DNA of 64,000 nucleotides from Cyclobacteriaceae bacterium. GTDB lineage: Bacteria > Bacteroidota > Bacteroidia > Cytophagales > Cyclobacteriaceae. Numbering within the stretch: the first letter of the stretch is position 1; every line of letters begins with the position of its first letter. Shown here one piece after another: positions 53,720 to 64,000 of this stretch. Below the pieces are notes generated by a model. That model saw nothing but the letters and a program-made list of their open reading frames with translations. It ran no database searches and was not told the DNA's origin. The stretch is from the NCBI GenBank assembly GCA_021604845.1, contig BQJT01000002.1, positions 2,495 to 66,494 on the forward strand, written 5' to 3'. A program made the translations under genes and the position numbers.

Positions 53720-54721
53720 ATGCATGGATTTGAAAATTATATAGATCATAAATTTGAAGATTTCATCGAAGACGAAAAATTCAAAAATTGGGTGGCTAAT
53801 CCTGGTGAGCATGATACTTTTTGGAAGAAATTCGTTCAAGCCTTTCCGGAAAAAACGGAAACAGTCAATCAAGCCAGGGAATTTCTGCTAGCTACACGCA
53901 TTTATTTTGAAACTAGTGATGTAAGTGTACAACAAATTGAGGAGGGTTTGCAACAAGTATTGCAGCAAGCTCCAAAAGATCAGGCAAACCAGAGATGGCT
54001 ACCAATATCAATTCGGTGGGTAGCAGCGGCCTCGATACTTCTCCTTTGTTTAACAGGCGCCTACTTCTATTTTCTTAGTAGTGATCTGACCACCTATACT
54101 ACAGATTACGGGGAATGGAAATCTGTGGAATTGCCTGATGGATCCAAGGTTCAACTCAATGCAAACTCAGAATTGATTTTGGCCGAGGACTGGTCATCAG
54201 GTGTAACAAGACAAGTTTGGCTGAAAGGAGAGGCATTTTTCACGGTATCGAAAAAACAGGCAACCAATACTAAATTTCAGGTTATAACAGACGATTTAAC
54301 CGTTGAAGTGCTTGGTACTGAATTTAACGTTCAGGATAGGGGACCACAAACTGAGGTTTATCTTCAGGAAGGTAAAATTAAGCTTGATTTAGGGATTTCA
54401 GAAGAAGATCTCGCTCCTGGAGATTTCGTATCTTATTCGGCGGAGAGAAGCGAGATTATCAGCCATAAAAGAATGTCTGCCGATGAGTTTACCTCCTGGA
54501 AGGAAGGAGTATTGAAATTGAATAATACCACTATCCTGGAAATTCTTAGAGAAATAGAAGAGATCTATGGAGTAGAGATCATGGCTTCCAATAAAACCAT
54601 GCTTAGTGAAAGAAGGACTATAGGAGTTCCCATGCAAAATCTGGAGATCGTTATTCCTATTCTGGAAACCACTTTGGATGTTGAGATAAGAAAAGTGGGT
54701 AAAAAGCTTTTCATAAAATAA
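53720..54721 (+). CDS. FecR-family anti-sigma factor
   Basis: 333 aa with a TM segment (WVAAASILLLCLTGAYFYFL) and the FecR motif LKGEAFFTVSKKQATNTKFQVIT. Confidence 0.88.
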   Translation: MHGFENYIDHKFEDFIEDEKFKNWVANPGEHDTFWKKFVQAFPEKTETVNQAREFLLATRIYFETSDVSVQQIEEGLQQVLQQAPKDQANQRWLPISIRWVAAASILLLCLTGAYFYFLSSDLTTYTTDYGEWKSVELPDGSKVQLNANSELILAEDWSSGVTRQVWLKGEAFFTVSKKQATNTKFQVITDDLTVEVLGTEFNVQDRGPQTEVYLQEGKIKLDLGISEEDLAPGDFVSYSAERSEIISHKRMSADEFTSWKEGVLKLNNTTILEILREIEEIYGVEIMASNKTMLSERRTIGVPMQNLEIVIPILETTLDVEIRKVGKKLFIK

Positions 54722-54804
54722 ACACCGGGACATTTTGACGCCTTGCCCCGGTATTTTGAATTAATTATAAACAGCTAAACTAAGTTTAACCAATCGCAAA
54801 TGTA

Positions 54805-57800
54805 ATGAAACACCTGAACAAATTCCTATTTATGATTCTGTTTGTTACCCTCCCGTTGTCGGGCTGGCCGGTAACAAAGCAGTTGTCCACGCTAAGTGAG
54901 GTACCGCAAAAAATTGCCGAAAAGTATCAAGTGTTTTTCACCTATGACTCCGAGGAGTTGAACCAAATAGACGTTCTATTTGAATTCAAAGATGATGAAT
55001 CGTTAAATAGCGCAATAATTCGCTTGCTGGCTTCTACCAATTACGTATACGAATCATTTGGCAGCAGGTATTACGTTATTTACGAAAAAACCAGGGCTGG
55101 AAAGAAGAAAGCTAATAAAATGCGCCATCACCTGCGCGAGCTTTGGAGGCTAGAACAAGATGGGGTTAACTTGAATAGGGCTAATAATCCAAGTCAAAGG
55201 TTTAATCAAATAATTGAAAAAGTATCTTCAACATATGAAGAGTTATCCATAAGTGGAAAGGTTACGGATGAAAATGATAACCCTCTTCCTGGGGTGAGTG
55301 TATTAGTTAAGGGAACTACATTGGGAACTACAACTAACACGGAGGGATATTTTGAGCTGGAGGTACCAGATACTGAATCCATCATAGTTTTCAGCTTCGT
55401 AGGCTATCTGAGTCAGGAAATTTTAATTGGTGGTAATCAAACTTCATTTGGTATTCGAATGAGTCCCGATACCAAACAATTGGACGAATTAGTTGTTACA
55501 GCTCTTGGATTAGAGAGACAAAAAAAGGCACTAGGCTATGCTACTCAACAAGTAGAAGGTGATGAGATTGTAGCTACAAGGGAACCCAATTTGGTTAGTT
55601 CTTTGTCGGGCAAAATTGCTGGAGCTCAAATTACAAACACAAGTGGTGCAGTTGGAGCTACTTCCACAATTATTCTAAGGGGATATAAGTCGATATCAGG
55701 TAATAACCAACCACTTTTTGTGGTAGATGGAGTTCCAATAAGCAATCAAACTCATCAGTCTTCAAGAGCTTTTGAAGCACAAGCAAGCAATAATAGCGGT
55801 TATTGGCAAGACCAGCAAGTTGATTATGGAAATGCAGCAGCCGAAATTAACCCAAGTGATATCGAAAGCGTCCAGGTCTTAAAGGGAGCAAATGCTGCAG
55901 CTTTGTACGGTGCAAGGGCTGCTAATGGCGTGGTATTTATAACAATGAAAAGTGGAAAAGGGCAAACAGGATTGGGCATAGACATTAACTCAAGTGTTTC
56001 GTTTCAAACTCCCTTAAAAACTCCAAAATTCCAAACAGAGTTCGGAAAGGGCAAGGACGGTCTGTATTCGTTTCCTGATATAAACGCAAATGGTGGATTG
56101 AGTTTTGGCCCAAAGTTTGACGGACAGATTATTTCTCAGTATGATCCTGCAAATCCTTCGACCCCACGTATGATTCCATGGGTGAACAGGCTTGGTAGTG
56201 ACCCTGTTCGTGATTTTCTCGAAACAGGTATAACGCAAAATCATGGATTTTCCGTAACCAATGGTAATGATAAGGGAAATTTTCGTTTGTCATACAACTG
56301 GATGGATCAAAAGGGTATGGTGCCAAATACAGATTTGACACGCAATAATTTGGGTTTTAATGCATCCTATAGCCCTAGTTCTAAAATGACCTTCAGTGCC
56401 AACGTAAACTATGTCAATTCTAAAAGTGATAATAGGCCACAAATTGGGCGTAGAAATGAGAATAACATCATGCAGGAACTACTCAAGTTAGGAGGACAAC
56501 AGAGTTTAGATGAATTAAAGAATTATTGGGAACCGTTTAAAGAAGATATTCAACAGGCAACGCCTGACAACCTTGTTAACAATCCATATTTCATTTTAAA
56601 TGAAAATCTGAATGGAAATAAAAGGGACCGCTTCTTTGGCAATGTCACTTTTAGCTATGACATATTAGAGAAGCTATCGATGCGAGTAAGAGTAGGAACC
56701 GACTTTTATAATGATCGCAGAACTTACAGAAAAGCATTTTCTAATATAGAACTTCGAGGTGGCACGCAATTTATAAACGGTACATTCAGGATGGAGAATA
56801 TTGTATACCAGGAAGATAATACTGATATATTGTTCACGTATAAAACTGATTTGGGAGCAAACTTTTCAATGACCATCAATGGTGGAGGTAATCGAATGAC
56901 ACAGAATGTCGAAGAGTTTAGAGCTAACGTAGAAGATGGTCTCGTTGTTCCAGGGTTATACAACTTATCAAATAGTAGGTCTGCACTAAGTGCTGAAAAT
57001 TTTGTCTCAAATAAAAAGATCAATAGTGTATTCGGGTCTGCACAATTGGGTTACAGAGATTACATATTTTTAGATATTTCTGCTAGAAATGACTGGTCAA
57101 GCGCTCTTCCAATCAATAACAACTCCTACTTCTATCCCTCAATTTCAATGAGCGCAATAGTTTCAGATATATTCGATCTTGGTCTCAATTCTTCTAATGA
57201 CATGATCAAAGTTCGGGCAAGCTATGCGCAAGTAGGTAATGATACCGGCCCTTATCAAACCGGAAGAGTAACCATAGGAGGTGGAACTATACAAGGAATT
57301 TCAGTTAACTCCATTAAGGGAACTCTTGGCAATGCCAATTTAAAACCAGAGGAGATTGAATCTTATGAAGTTGGTATCGAGGCTGGCCTTTTCAAGAATC
57401 GCCTGAATTTCGATGCAACCTACTATTCAATAACAAATGTAAATCAGATAACTAACATTCAGCTTCCGGCTGAAACAGGGTATCTTGAAAGAGTGATAAA
57501 TATTCCTGCCGAGATCAGAAACCAAGGAGTAGAACTGGCTTTAAACCTTGGTATTGTTGAAACTAATAATTTCAATTGGAGCTTTGGAATAAATTGGGCA
57601 AAAAATAATAATAAGGTCACAAACTTTAGTGATGACCCTAATGAAAGATTAACCATTGTTGAGCGTTTTATCAATCTTGACATCACCGAAGGTGGCAGTT
57701 ATGGTGATATTTATGGTGACTATTTACTGAAAGTGGATGCTAATGGAAAATTAGGTCAAGAAGGGGAACAAATATTTAGACCTGATGGTAGATCAGAAGA

Positions 57801-58449
57801 ATCGGACGATGTTGGTAGTTTAGTTAATGACCCTAAACCATACCTTGGAAGTGTAATACCCGATTGGATAGGTGGTGTTCGAAATACATTCGCGTTCAAA
57901 CAGCTTAGCCTTTATATTCTATTTGATATTAACAGCGGAGGTAAAATGTATTCTAGAACGTTTGTTCGTGGAAATCAACTGGGAGCTTTACAAGAGTCTG
58001 TAGAATTAATCACTAGGGATTCTCAAGAAGCAAGGGATGCTGCAATTGCGAATGGTCATAACGTACTTCCAGGCGAACAATGGGTGATATTGGAAGGTGC
58101 TACCCTTGATAGATCAACGGGGCAAACAGAAACAGGAAAGACTATTATCGCCAGGACAGAAAATTTTTATTTGAGGCATTACGATAATGACCTTACGGGA
58201 ACATTTGATCGATCTTTTGTCAAATTAAGAGAACTGAGGTTAACCTACCAATTGTCACCAATACTATTAGCCAAACTACCATTTAAAGGGGCAAGTGTTT
58301 CTTTTATTGGCCGAAACCTTTTCTTATGGGATAAAGTACCCCATGTTGATCCCGAGTCCGCTGGATTTAGTGGAGAAATACCAGGTGGTGAATTTTATGC
58401 ACTTCCTTCAGCCAAGAGTTTTGGTTTTAACATCAATCTTAAATTCTAG
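54805..58449 (+). CDS. SusC-type TonB-dependent transducer with an N-terminal signalling extension
   Basis: 1214 aa. The STN-like extension is IIRLLASTNYVYESFGSRYYVIY. It also has GKVTDENDNPLPGVSVLVKGTTLGTTTNTEGYFEL, the plug VQVLKGANAAALYGARAANGVVFITMKSG and the barrel end FGFNINLKF. Confidence 0.92.
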   Translation: MKHLNKFLFMILFVTLPLSGWPVTKQLSTLSEVPQKIAEKYQVFFTYDSEELNQIDVLFEFKDDESLNSAIIRLLASTNYVYESFGSRYYVIYEKTRAGKKKANKMRHHLRELWRLEQDGVNLNRANNPSQRFNQIIEKVSSTYEELSISGKVTDENDNPLPGVSVLVKGTTLGTTTNTEGYFELEVPDTESIIVFSFVGYLSQEILIGGNQTSFGIRMSPDTKQLDELVVTALGLERQKKALGYATQQVEGDEIVATREPNLVSSLSGKIAGAQITNTSGAVGATSTIILRGYKSISGNNQPLFVVDGVPISNQTHQSSRAFEAQASNNSGYWQDQQVDYGNAAAEINPSDIESVQVLKGANAAALYGARAANGVVFITMKSGKGQTGLGIDINSSVSFQTPLKTPKFQTEFGKGKDGLYSFPDINANGGLSFGPKFDGQIISQYDPANPSTPRMIPWVNRLGSDPVRDFLETGITQNHGFSVTNGNDKGNFRLSYNWMDQKGMVPNTDLTRNNLGFNASYSPSSKMTFSANVNYVNSKSDNRPQIGRRNENNIMQELLKLGGQQSLDELKNYWEPFKEDIQQATPDNLVNNPYFILNENLNGNKRDRFFGNVTFSYDILEKLSMRVRVGTDFYNDRRTYRKAFSNIELRGGTQFINGTFRMENIVYQEDNTDILFTYKTDLGANFSMTINGGGNRMTQNVEEFRANVEDGLVVPGLYNLSNSRSALSAENFVSNKKINSVFGSAQLGYRDYIFLDISARNDWSSALPINNNSYFYPSISMSAIVSDIFDLGLNSSNDMIKVRASYAQVGNDTGPYQTGRVTIGGGTIQGISVNSIKGTLGNANLKPEEIESYEVGIEAGLFKNRLNFDATYYSITNVNQITNIQLPAETGYLERVINIPAEIRNQGVELALNLGIVETNNFNWSFGINWAKNNNKVTNFSDDPNERLTIVERFINLDITEGGSYGDIYGDYLLKVDANGKLGQEGEQIFRPDGRSEESDDVGSLVNDPKPYLGSVIPDWIGGVRNTFAFKQLSLYILFDINSGGKMYSRTFVRGNQLGALQESVELITRDSQEARDAAIANGHNVLPGEQWVILEGATLDRSTGQTETGKTIIARTENFYLRHYDNDLTGTFDRSFVKLRELRLTYQLSPILLAKLPFKGASVSFIGRNLFLWDKVPHVDPESAGFSGEIPGGEFYALPSAKSFGFNINLKF

Positions 58450-58467
58450 TTTAGACTAATAAATATC

Positions 58468-60006
58468 ATGATGAAAAGAATCACTAAAATATTTGATAAA
58501 TCAATTGTCCTAAGTTTATCCTGCATCCTTATGTTCAGTACTTGTGATCATGGGTTTGAGGAATTAAATATAAACCCCAATCAGTCCGAAAATGACCCTA
58601 GTCTAGATTTGTTGTTCGGTAGTATTTTGCCAGGTTTTATTGGTCAAGTTATTGGTCAGGATGGGAATCCTGTAACCGGAAACGGAGGTACTGCAAACTT
58701 TGGAGGTGAGTTATCCCAGCAATTTGCCAATAAAAATTCAGAAGTTGGAAGATTATCACACGATGAAAATGCTTTCCATTGGGTTTTTTGGTTCTCAGTT
58801 TATTCTGAAAATGGGGGCGCTATGCGTAATATAGCGTTTCTAATCGAGGAAGCTGCAAAGCAAGAAAATGAGGTGTACATGGCGTTAGGGCTCATATATA
58901 AAGCTTTCACATTGGGTTACACAACAGACCTATTTGGGGATGTACCGTACATTGATGCTGGGAAGGGTTTTCTTTTAGAAGACCAATACTTATTCCCAAA
59001 ATTTGATCCACAGCAAGAAATATACAAAGCGATGTTAAATGACTTGGAAACAGCAAATAGCCTTTTGGCTTCAGCTCCATCCAATCAGTTAATAGATAGT
59101 AACAGAGACCTTTTATTTGCGGGTGACCGGATGGCGTGGAGAAAGTTTGCTAATTCTCTAAGAATAAGAATATTGATGCGAATGTCAAATGTAGAAGATG
59201 TTGGGTCGAGGGTAGCGGAAATTTTTAATTCTCCCGATTCCCCTGTTTTAGAAGGTGTAAAAGATGAACCTTCATTTTCATTTAGTTTTCAAGAAAATTG
59301 GCCTTATTCTCTTTCAAATGATCCAAATAATGAAAAAAGACTATCCGCAACCATGGTAGATATTTTGAATGGTGAAGGAGGTGTAAACAAAGTTGCAGAT
59401 GTGAGAGATCCAAGATTGCCAGTTTTTGTTAACCCAACAATTGCATCTATTGCTAATGGTAGTCCAGAATATGTGGGCCAGCCTGTTGGTTTAATTTCAG
59501 ATTTTGCCGATGACGATGAACGATCAATGCTTACTGATTACGTAAGAGAATTAAATACAGTTTGGTTATTGACATATGCGGATCTGCTTCTACTCAAAGC
59601 TGAAGCAGTCCATAGGGGTATGATCTCAGGTGATGTGACTCAAATATTTGAAGATGGAGTTAAAGCCTCGTTAGATCGTTTTGGAATTGATCTTTCGGTT
59701 TCGGAAACGACAGATTTTCTTGCAAGTATAAAAAGTAATTTTTCAGGCAATGAATTAAAGCATATTGCGATCCAGAGATGGATTGACAATATTTTTCAGG
59801 GCATGGAAGGATACGCTATTTGGAGAAGGACAGATTTCCCAATCCTAGTAACTGGACCAGATGCCACTTTTGATGAGACACCTACTCGGTATAGCTATAC
59901 AAGTCATATGCTTTCTGAAAATGGTGAAAATGTAAATAGTGCTGTCAATCGCGCTCCTTTAAATGGATTAAATACTTCCTTCAACAAAGTTTGGTGGGAC
60001 CAATAA
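58468..60006 (+). CDS. SusD-like nutrient-binding outer-membrane lipoprotein (shorter SusD-like subfamily)
   Basis: 512 aa with lipoprotein signal LSLSCILMFSTC. It lies 18 nt after the SusC gene. It has TPR-like helical content and WRRTDFP near the C-terminus. Confidence 0.82.
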   Translation: MMKRITKIFDKSIVLSLSCILMFSTCDHGFEELNINPNQSENDPSLDLLFGSILPGFIGQVIGQDGNPVTGNGGTANFGGELSQQFANKNSEVGRLSHDENAFHWVFWFSVYSENGGAMRNIAFLIEEAAKQENEVYMALGLIYKAFTLGYTTDLFGDVPYIDAGKGFLLEDQYLFPKFDPQQEIYKAMLNDLETANSLLASAPSNQLIDSNRDLLFAGDRMAWRKFANSLRIRILMRMSNVEDVGSRVAEIFNSPDSPVLEGVKDEPSFSFSFQENWPYSLSNDPNNEKRLSATMVDILNGEGGVNKVADVRDPRLPVFVNPTIASIANGSPEYVGQPVGLISDFADDDERSMLTDYVRELNTVWLLTYADLLLLKAEAVHRGMISGDVTQIFEDGVKASLDRFGIDLSVSETTDFLASIKSNFSGNELKHIAIQRWIDNIFQGMEGYAIWRRTDFPILVTGPDATFDETPTRYSYTSHMLSENGENVNSAVNRAPLNGLNTSFNKVWWDQ

Positions 60007-60038
60007 TAGCTGATCTTTACTGCTGAGAACTGCAATTC

Positions 60039-60063
60039 ACAAAGGGAGAACATCTCCCTTTGT
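60039..60063 (+). terminator. Stem-loop directly after the SusD-like gene
   Basis: ACAAAGGGAGA (60039-60049) pairs with TCTCCCTTTGT (60053-60063), an 11-bp perfect stem with a 3-nt loop. Confidence 0.5.
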
Positions 60064-60102
60064 ACCCATTGACAAATCAACTCACATTCAAATTAAATTA
60101 TT

Positions 60103-61197
60103 ATGTTGAAAATATTATCTCTTTCAATCCTAGTGATATTTGTTATAAATTATAAAGTTAATTCTTCTGAAATTATCAAACCGACTAAAACAGTCAAGAA
60201 TATTATCCTTCTAATTGGCGACGGGATGGGGGTTGCCCAATTATCCACTCTCTTTTATCTTAATCAGGACGAATCCAGCTTTCGTCAGTTTAAGCATATC
60301 GGATTTCATCAAAACCAATCCATAGATTCAAAAATAACCGATTCAGCTGCAGGTGCCACGGCATTTTCCATTGGGTTTAAAACTTACAATGGTGCTGTTG
60401 GTGTGGATGCGGATACCATTTCAAGACAAACAATTTTGGAAACGGCAGCCGAAATGGGAAAAAGTACCGGCATTATATCCACTTCATCAATAACTGACGC
60501 AACACCCGCCTCGTTTTATGCACATGTGAAAAGTCGACGAATGTCTGAGTCCATAGCCGTACAATTAGCAAAATCGCAATTAGATTTTTTTGCAGGTGGT
60601 GGCTACAAGGATTTTATTCATAGACTAGATGGCAAGAACTATTTAGAGATTATGAAATCAAATGGTGTCTACATAGACACTATTAGCTTGTCAAAAAAAT
60701 CATTGAAGCATGGTATCCGCTATGGATTCCTTTTAGCCAAAGAAGAAATGCCCAAGATGCAATCACAACGTGAGAACTTCCTACCTGAAGCTACTGAGTT
60801 AGCTATTAATCATTTATCCCAAAATGAAAAGGGATTTTTTCTCATGGTCGAAGGAGGGCAAATCGACAATGGTGGGCATGAAAATGATGCAGATTATGTT
60901 ATAGAAGAAATGAAGGATTTTGATATAGCGGTAGGTGTTGCTCTTGACTTTGCCAAACTAGAAAAGAACACGTTGGTAGTAGTTACAGCCGACCACGAAA
61001 CAGGTGGCCTTGCCCTTACAGCAGCTAAAGACCTAAATGATGAAAGCAATTTTAAAATTGACCCTACCTTTTCTACAAATGGACATACAGCATGTTTGAT
61101 ACCGGTTTTTTCTTATGGCCCCTCTGCGGAGGATTTTACTGGAATATATGAGAACAATGAAATTTATTATAGAATGATGCGGTGGTTTACTGAGTAG
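60103..61197 (+). CDS. PhoA-type alkaline phosphatase (secreted)
   Basis: 364 aa with a signal peptide. Motifs: LLIGDGMG, the nucleophile motif DSAAGATAFS, and VVTADHETGG. Confidence 0.88.
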   Translation: MLKILSLSILVIFVINYKVNSSEIIKPTKTVKNIILLIGDGMGVAQLSTLFYLNQDESSFRQFKHIGFHQNQSIDSKITDSAAGATAFSIGFKTYNGAVGVDADTISRQTILETAAEMGKSTGIISTSSITDATPASFYAHVKSRRMSESIAVQLAKSQLDFFAGGGYKDFIHRLDGKNYLEIMKSNGVYIDTISLSKKSLKHGIRYGFLLAKEEMPKMQSQRENFLPEATELAINHLSQNEKGFFLMVEGGQIDNGGHENDADYVIEEMKDFDIAVGVALDFAKLEKNTLVVVTADHETGGLALTAAKDLNDESNFKIDPTFSTNGHTACLIPVFSYGPSAEDFTGIYENNEIYYRMMRWFTE

Positions 61198-61488
61198 CTT
61201 ACTACAAAAGTACCTTACAAAAAGACCGTATCAATTACCGACGCCAAATTCAATAAACTAAGTTTAAGGACAATAAACAGCACTGACTCACTCACTACTA
61301 GCCGATTAGTTTCCCTAGATACTTACCGCGGACTGATTATATTCCTGCTGATAGCAGAATCAGCTTTTGTATACCATGCCCTTACCGGAATTTTCTCGGA
61401 AGGAACTTTTGGAGCAGCAGTAGTTCAGCAGTTTCACCATCATCCCTGGAATGGGCTGCGGTTCTGGGACCTTATTCAGCCTTTTTTC

Positions 61489-62382
61489 ATGTTTATTGTG
61501 GGAGTAGCCATGCCATTTTCGCTGCGCAGCCGTTTGGCAAAAGGGGCCAGTTGGAATGATGCGTTAAAACATATCTTAACCCGTTGCTTACTGCTATTTC
61601 TGTTCGGAACAGGTTTACACTGCGTCTATAGCGGGAAGCTGGTATGGGAATTGTGGAATGTACTTACCCAATTAAGCTTCACTATATTGGTTACATTCCT
61701 GCTTATACGAACACCAATCCGTACGCAACTAATTGCTTCTTTATTGTTGCTGCTGCTGATAGAGGTACTTTACAGAGCCTATGACCTGGGTGCACCGTTT
61801 GTAAAAGATCAGAATTTCGGTTCTTGGATGGATATGATCCTTATGGGCAAAATCAATCCAGGTGGTGGTTGGGTCACTATCAATTGTATTCCTACTGCGG
61901 CCCATACCATCTGGGGAGCCGTAAGTGGATCATTGCTTTTGGCCAGGAATGAAGAACCTAGATGTATAATAAAAACTTTCGTGATCTCTGGTATAATTGG
62001 TTTGGTAATAGGACATGGACTGGACCTAACCGGAATCACACCTATAGTAAAGCGGATTTCCACCACAGCTTTCGTTTTTGCTTCCGGTGGTTGGTGCCTG
62101 TTAAGCTTGGCATTCTTCTATTGGCTGGTAGATATTAAAGGATATCGCAAATGGGCACAGTTGTTCATTATAGTTGGTATGAATTCTATTTTTATCTACC
62201 TGTTTGCAAATGTATTAGCTTCCTGGTTGAGAGAATTTGTTCAAATATGGAATGATGGATTCCTTGTCAAGCTGGGGATTGGTGCAGAGGCGTTAGCAGT
62301 AACCAATTCCATTTTCACACTGACCTGTATGTGGTATCTATGTTATTTTCTGAATAAAAAAAGGATTTTCTTTAAGATCTAA
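61489..62382 (+). CDS. Multi-pass membrane acyltransferase of the DUF5009 / heparan-alpha-glucosaminide N-acetyltransferase-like family; conserved N-terminal region lies upstream of the first canonical start
   Basis: 297 aa from the ATG at 61489. The frame is open from 61198. Nt 61303-61488 encode RLVSLDTYRGLIIF...HHPWNGLRFWDLIQPFFMFIVG, the family's conserved N-terminus. Confidence 0.7.
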   Translation: MFIVGVAMPFSLRSRLAKGASWNDALKHILTRCLLLFLFGTGLHCVYSGKLVWELWNVLTQLSFTILVTFLLIRTPIRTQLIASLLLLLLIEVLYRAYDLGAPFVKDQNFGSWMDMILMGKINPGGGWVTINCIPTAAHTIWGAVSGSLLLARNEEPRCIIKTFVISGIIGLVIGHGLDLTGITPIVKRISTTAFVFASGGWCLLSLAFFYWLVDIKGYRKWAQLFIIVGMNSIFIYLFANVLASWLREFVQIWNDGFLVKLGIGAEALAVTNSIFTLTCMWYLCYFLNKKRIFFKI

Positions 62383-62505
62383 TCCCAAAATGTATATTGA
62401 TGCGAATGTAATACGGTGGAAATACTTTCCTTAATCACTTTTTCGACCGTAACAATGGGCAGAAATATTGGAAGATTATTATCTTCTCCGTTTTACTAAA
62501 TAACT

Positions 62506-62799
62506 TTATGCTTCTTGTTCTATTTCATCATAGGTTTTCATCCTACTTTTTGTGAGGTAAGCCTTTGAGCTCCATTGGCTATTCCGGATACTCTGGCACA
62601 CAGTTGATTCACTATTTCCTTCCTGATCTGATACCACAATGGTAATGTTATGTGTGCCGGGTACCACTGGAATATAGGTAAACTGGTTATCCTTTGAGTC
62701 GATACCCAGCGGGTTATTTTGGGGAATGCTGACTTTATTTTTATCCTGTAATCTGGCATCCGAACCGAAATTGCTAGTGTATTCCATGGTGAAATTCAA
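62506..62799 (-). CDS. Hypothetical ORF, probably the 3' fragment of a truncated gene at the island edge
   Basis: 97 aa with a TTG start. The frame stays open upstream only to 62847, about where DR3 begins, and has no ATG there. The sequence (THNITIVVSDQEGNS) looks like a piece of an Ig-like domain. Confidence 0.3.
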   Translation of the reverse strand: MNFTMEYTSNFGSDARLQDKNKVSIPQNNPLGIDSKDNQFTYIPVVPGTHNITIVVSDQEGNSESTVCQSIRNSQWSSKAYLTKSRMKTYDEIEQEA

Positions 62800-62844
62800 A
62801 GTCTCAAACAGCGCATGATCAGAGGTTACGTTAACCGATATTTC

Positions 62845-62979
<135 letters not shown>

Positions 62980-63206
62980 ATATATCTTTAACCCTTATTT
63001 CTTTACAGAAATGAAAGCCTTTTGCTTTCAGGGAGTACAAAAGTATAGCTTGCCATTTTAAAAATCAAGGTTAGCGGGTTATTAATATTATACCACTACC
63101 ACCGGCAACTGCAAATTCCAGTATGGGCTTTTACTGCTATCAGGAGTTATATGAGCGTGTCCGATACCTGCTGAAATGTTTGATAATTGCCTACTTCGGT
63201 TAACGC

Positions 63207-63809
63207 TCAATCTTCTGCTATTTTCTGTTTGGTTTTAAACATCAGGGACAGGCCGAAAGACACCCTTGCTTTACCTTCTCCATATATGCTCTTCACTCCA
63301 ACCTGTGGAACCAGATAAATCCATCTATTGGCCTGCAAGTAGTAGCGAATCCCCGTTTCAATGCTCAGGTTATAGTCCTCTTCCTCAGTATTTCTATTCT
63401 TCATATATTCAAATCCGTAAGGTGAGAGGAAAATACCAATTTGGGATTTGTTGCCCACAGGCACGCGGAAACCATAACTTTCCGGCAATACGAATGCGAT
63501 TATCCCCAATGGAACGGCTAAAGCATAGCCACTGCGTTCTTCCACTGCCTTGCCAATTAAATAAACACCGGCTGCCTGACCACCACCAGTATACAGATAG
63601 TACTGGCCCGGCCCGGTTGGACTGTAAAGAAATGTGAAGTTTAAACTGAGATGTTTGCCAAACCAACCTTCCAGGTTAAATCCGGTACTGGTGTTATAGG
63701 CCTGGCCATTATGAGAATGGTCGAGCATGGCACCTAAAAGTGCGGGTGCTCTCTGGGCCTGAATATCGAATCCAATCGCCAACAGCAAGATTATGAAACC
63801 TGTGCGCAT
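63207..63809 (-). CDS. Hypothetical secreted protein, possibly a small outer-membrane beta-barrel
   Basis: 200 aa with signal peptide MRTGFIILLLAIGFDIQAQ. It has alternating hydrophobic/aromatic strands and is Gly/Tyr-rich. I recognise no family. Confidence 0.55.
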   Translation of the reverse strand: MRTGFIILLLAIGFDIQAQRAPALLGAMLDHSHNGQAYNTSTGFNLEGWFGKHLSLNFTFLYSPTGPGQYYLYTGGGQAAGVYLIGKAVEERSGYALAVPLGIIAFVLPESYGFRVPVGNKSQIGIFLSPYGFEYMKNRNTEEEDYNLSIETGIRYYLQANRWIYLVPQVGVKSIYGEGKARVSFGLSLMFKTKQKIAED

Positions 63810-64000
63810 TTACCGGGGTTAGATCTCACCAAATTCAGTAAGATCATCAGTTGCATCCAAATGAGTGAAGGTATATCCAACCGGTTAGAACGCAAACAGA
63901 AAAATAACCGGGAAAGAACCCATGTAATATGCAGAGGGAATTGGAAGTTAAATACCACCGTTAATGTCGGATATTGTATGATATTTTCTCCAAAGAGAAA

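Noticed and set aside
63013-63045. Hairpin GAAAGC/GCTTTC (63013-63029) and a TACTTTTG box (63038-63045, minus strand) upstream of the tRNA, considered as the tRNA promoter
   Set aside because: The box matches TAnnTTTG but lies about 59 nt upstream of the mature 5' end, and the hairpin is only 6 bp. This is plausible but too weak to report as a feature.
63810-64000. Open minus-strand frame running to the window edge
   Set aside because: The translation (FLFGENIIQYPTLTVVFNFQ...) has no recognisable features. It would run into and overlap the start of the 63207-63809 gene, so it is likely non-coding.

Overview
Bacteroidota-type chromosome segment with three SusC/SusD pairs, two ECF-sigma/FecR anti-sigma pairs and a Bacteroidetes-style tyrosine integrase. 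Nt 1-8344 and 62951-64000 look like core chromosome. On the left are the 3' part of a GH95-like gene, a SusD/SusC pair, a divergent TetR regulator, a small membrane protein and an NPP/alkaline-phosphatase-superfamily enzyme. On the right are the 5' part of an initiator-type tRNA-Met(CAT) gene and a signal-peptide protein. Everything between is a 54,500-bp composite genomic island inserted in the 3' half of that tRNA gene. It is bounded by 106-bp direct repeats (8345-8450 and 62845-62950; 100/106 identical, last 50 nt identical), with a third, truncated repeat copy at 52363-52436. Island A (8451-52436, about 44 kb) has an intact integrase with phased tandem repeats beside the att core. Its cargo is an ECF-sigma/anti-sigma/SusC/SusD locus, three large glycan-enzyme candidates, an 11-gene co-directional catabolic operon of unclear substrate, a divergent symporter/deacetylase/SDR operon, an orphan ParB-like gene and a phosphoesterase/TonB-receptor module. 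Island B (52437-62950, about 10.5 kb) keeps only the 3' third of a sibling integrase fused to the att remnant. It carries a second sigma/anti-sigma/SusC/SusD locus plus a PhoA-type alkaline phosphatase, and shows several signs of gene decay. I saw no rRNA, CRISPR, transposase, conjugation or recognisable defence genes. All family calls come from motif recognition by eye on the supplied translations; no database search or computation was run.
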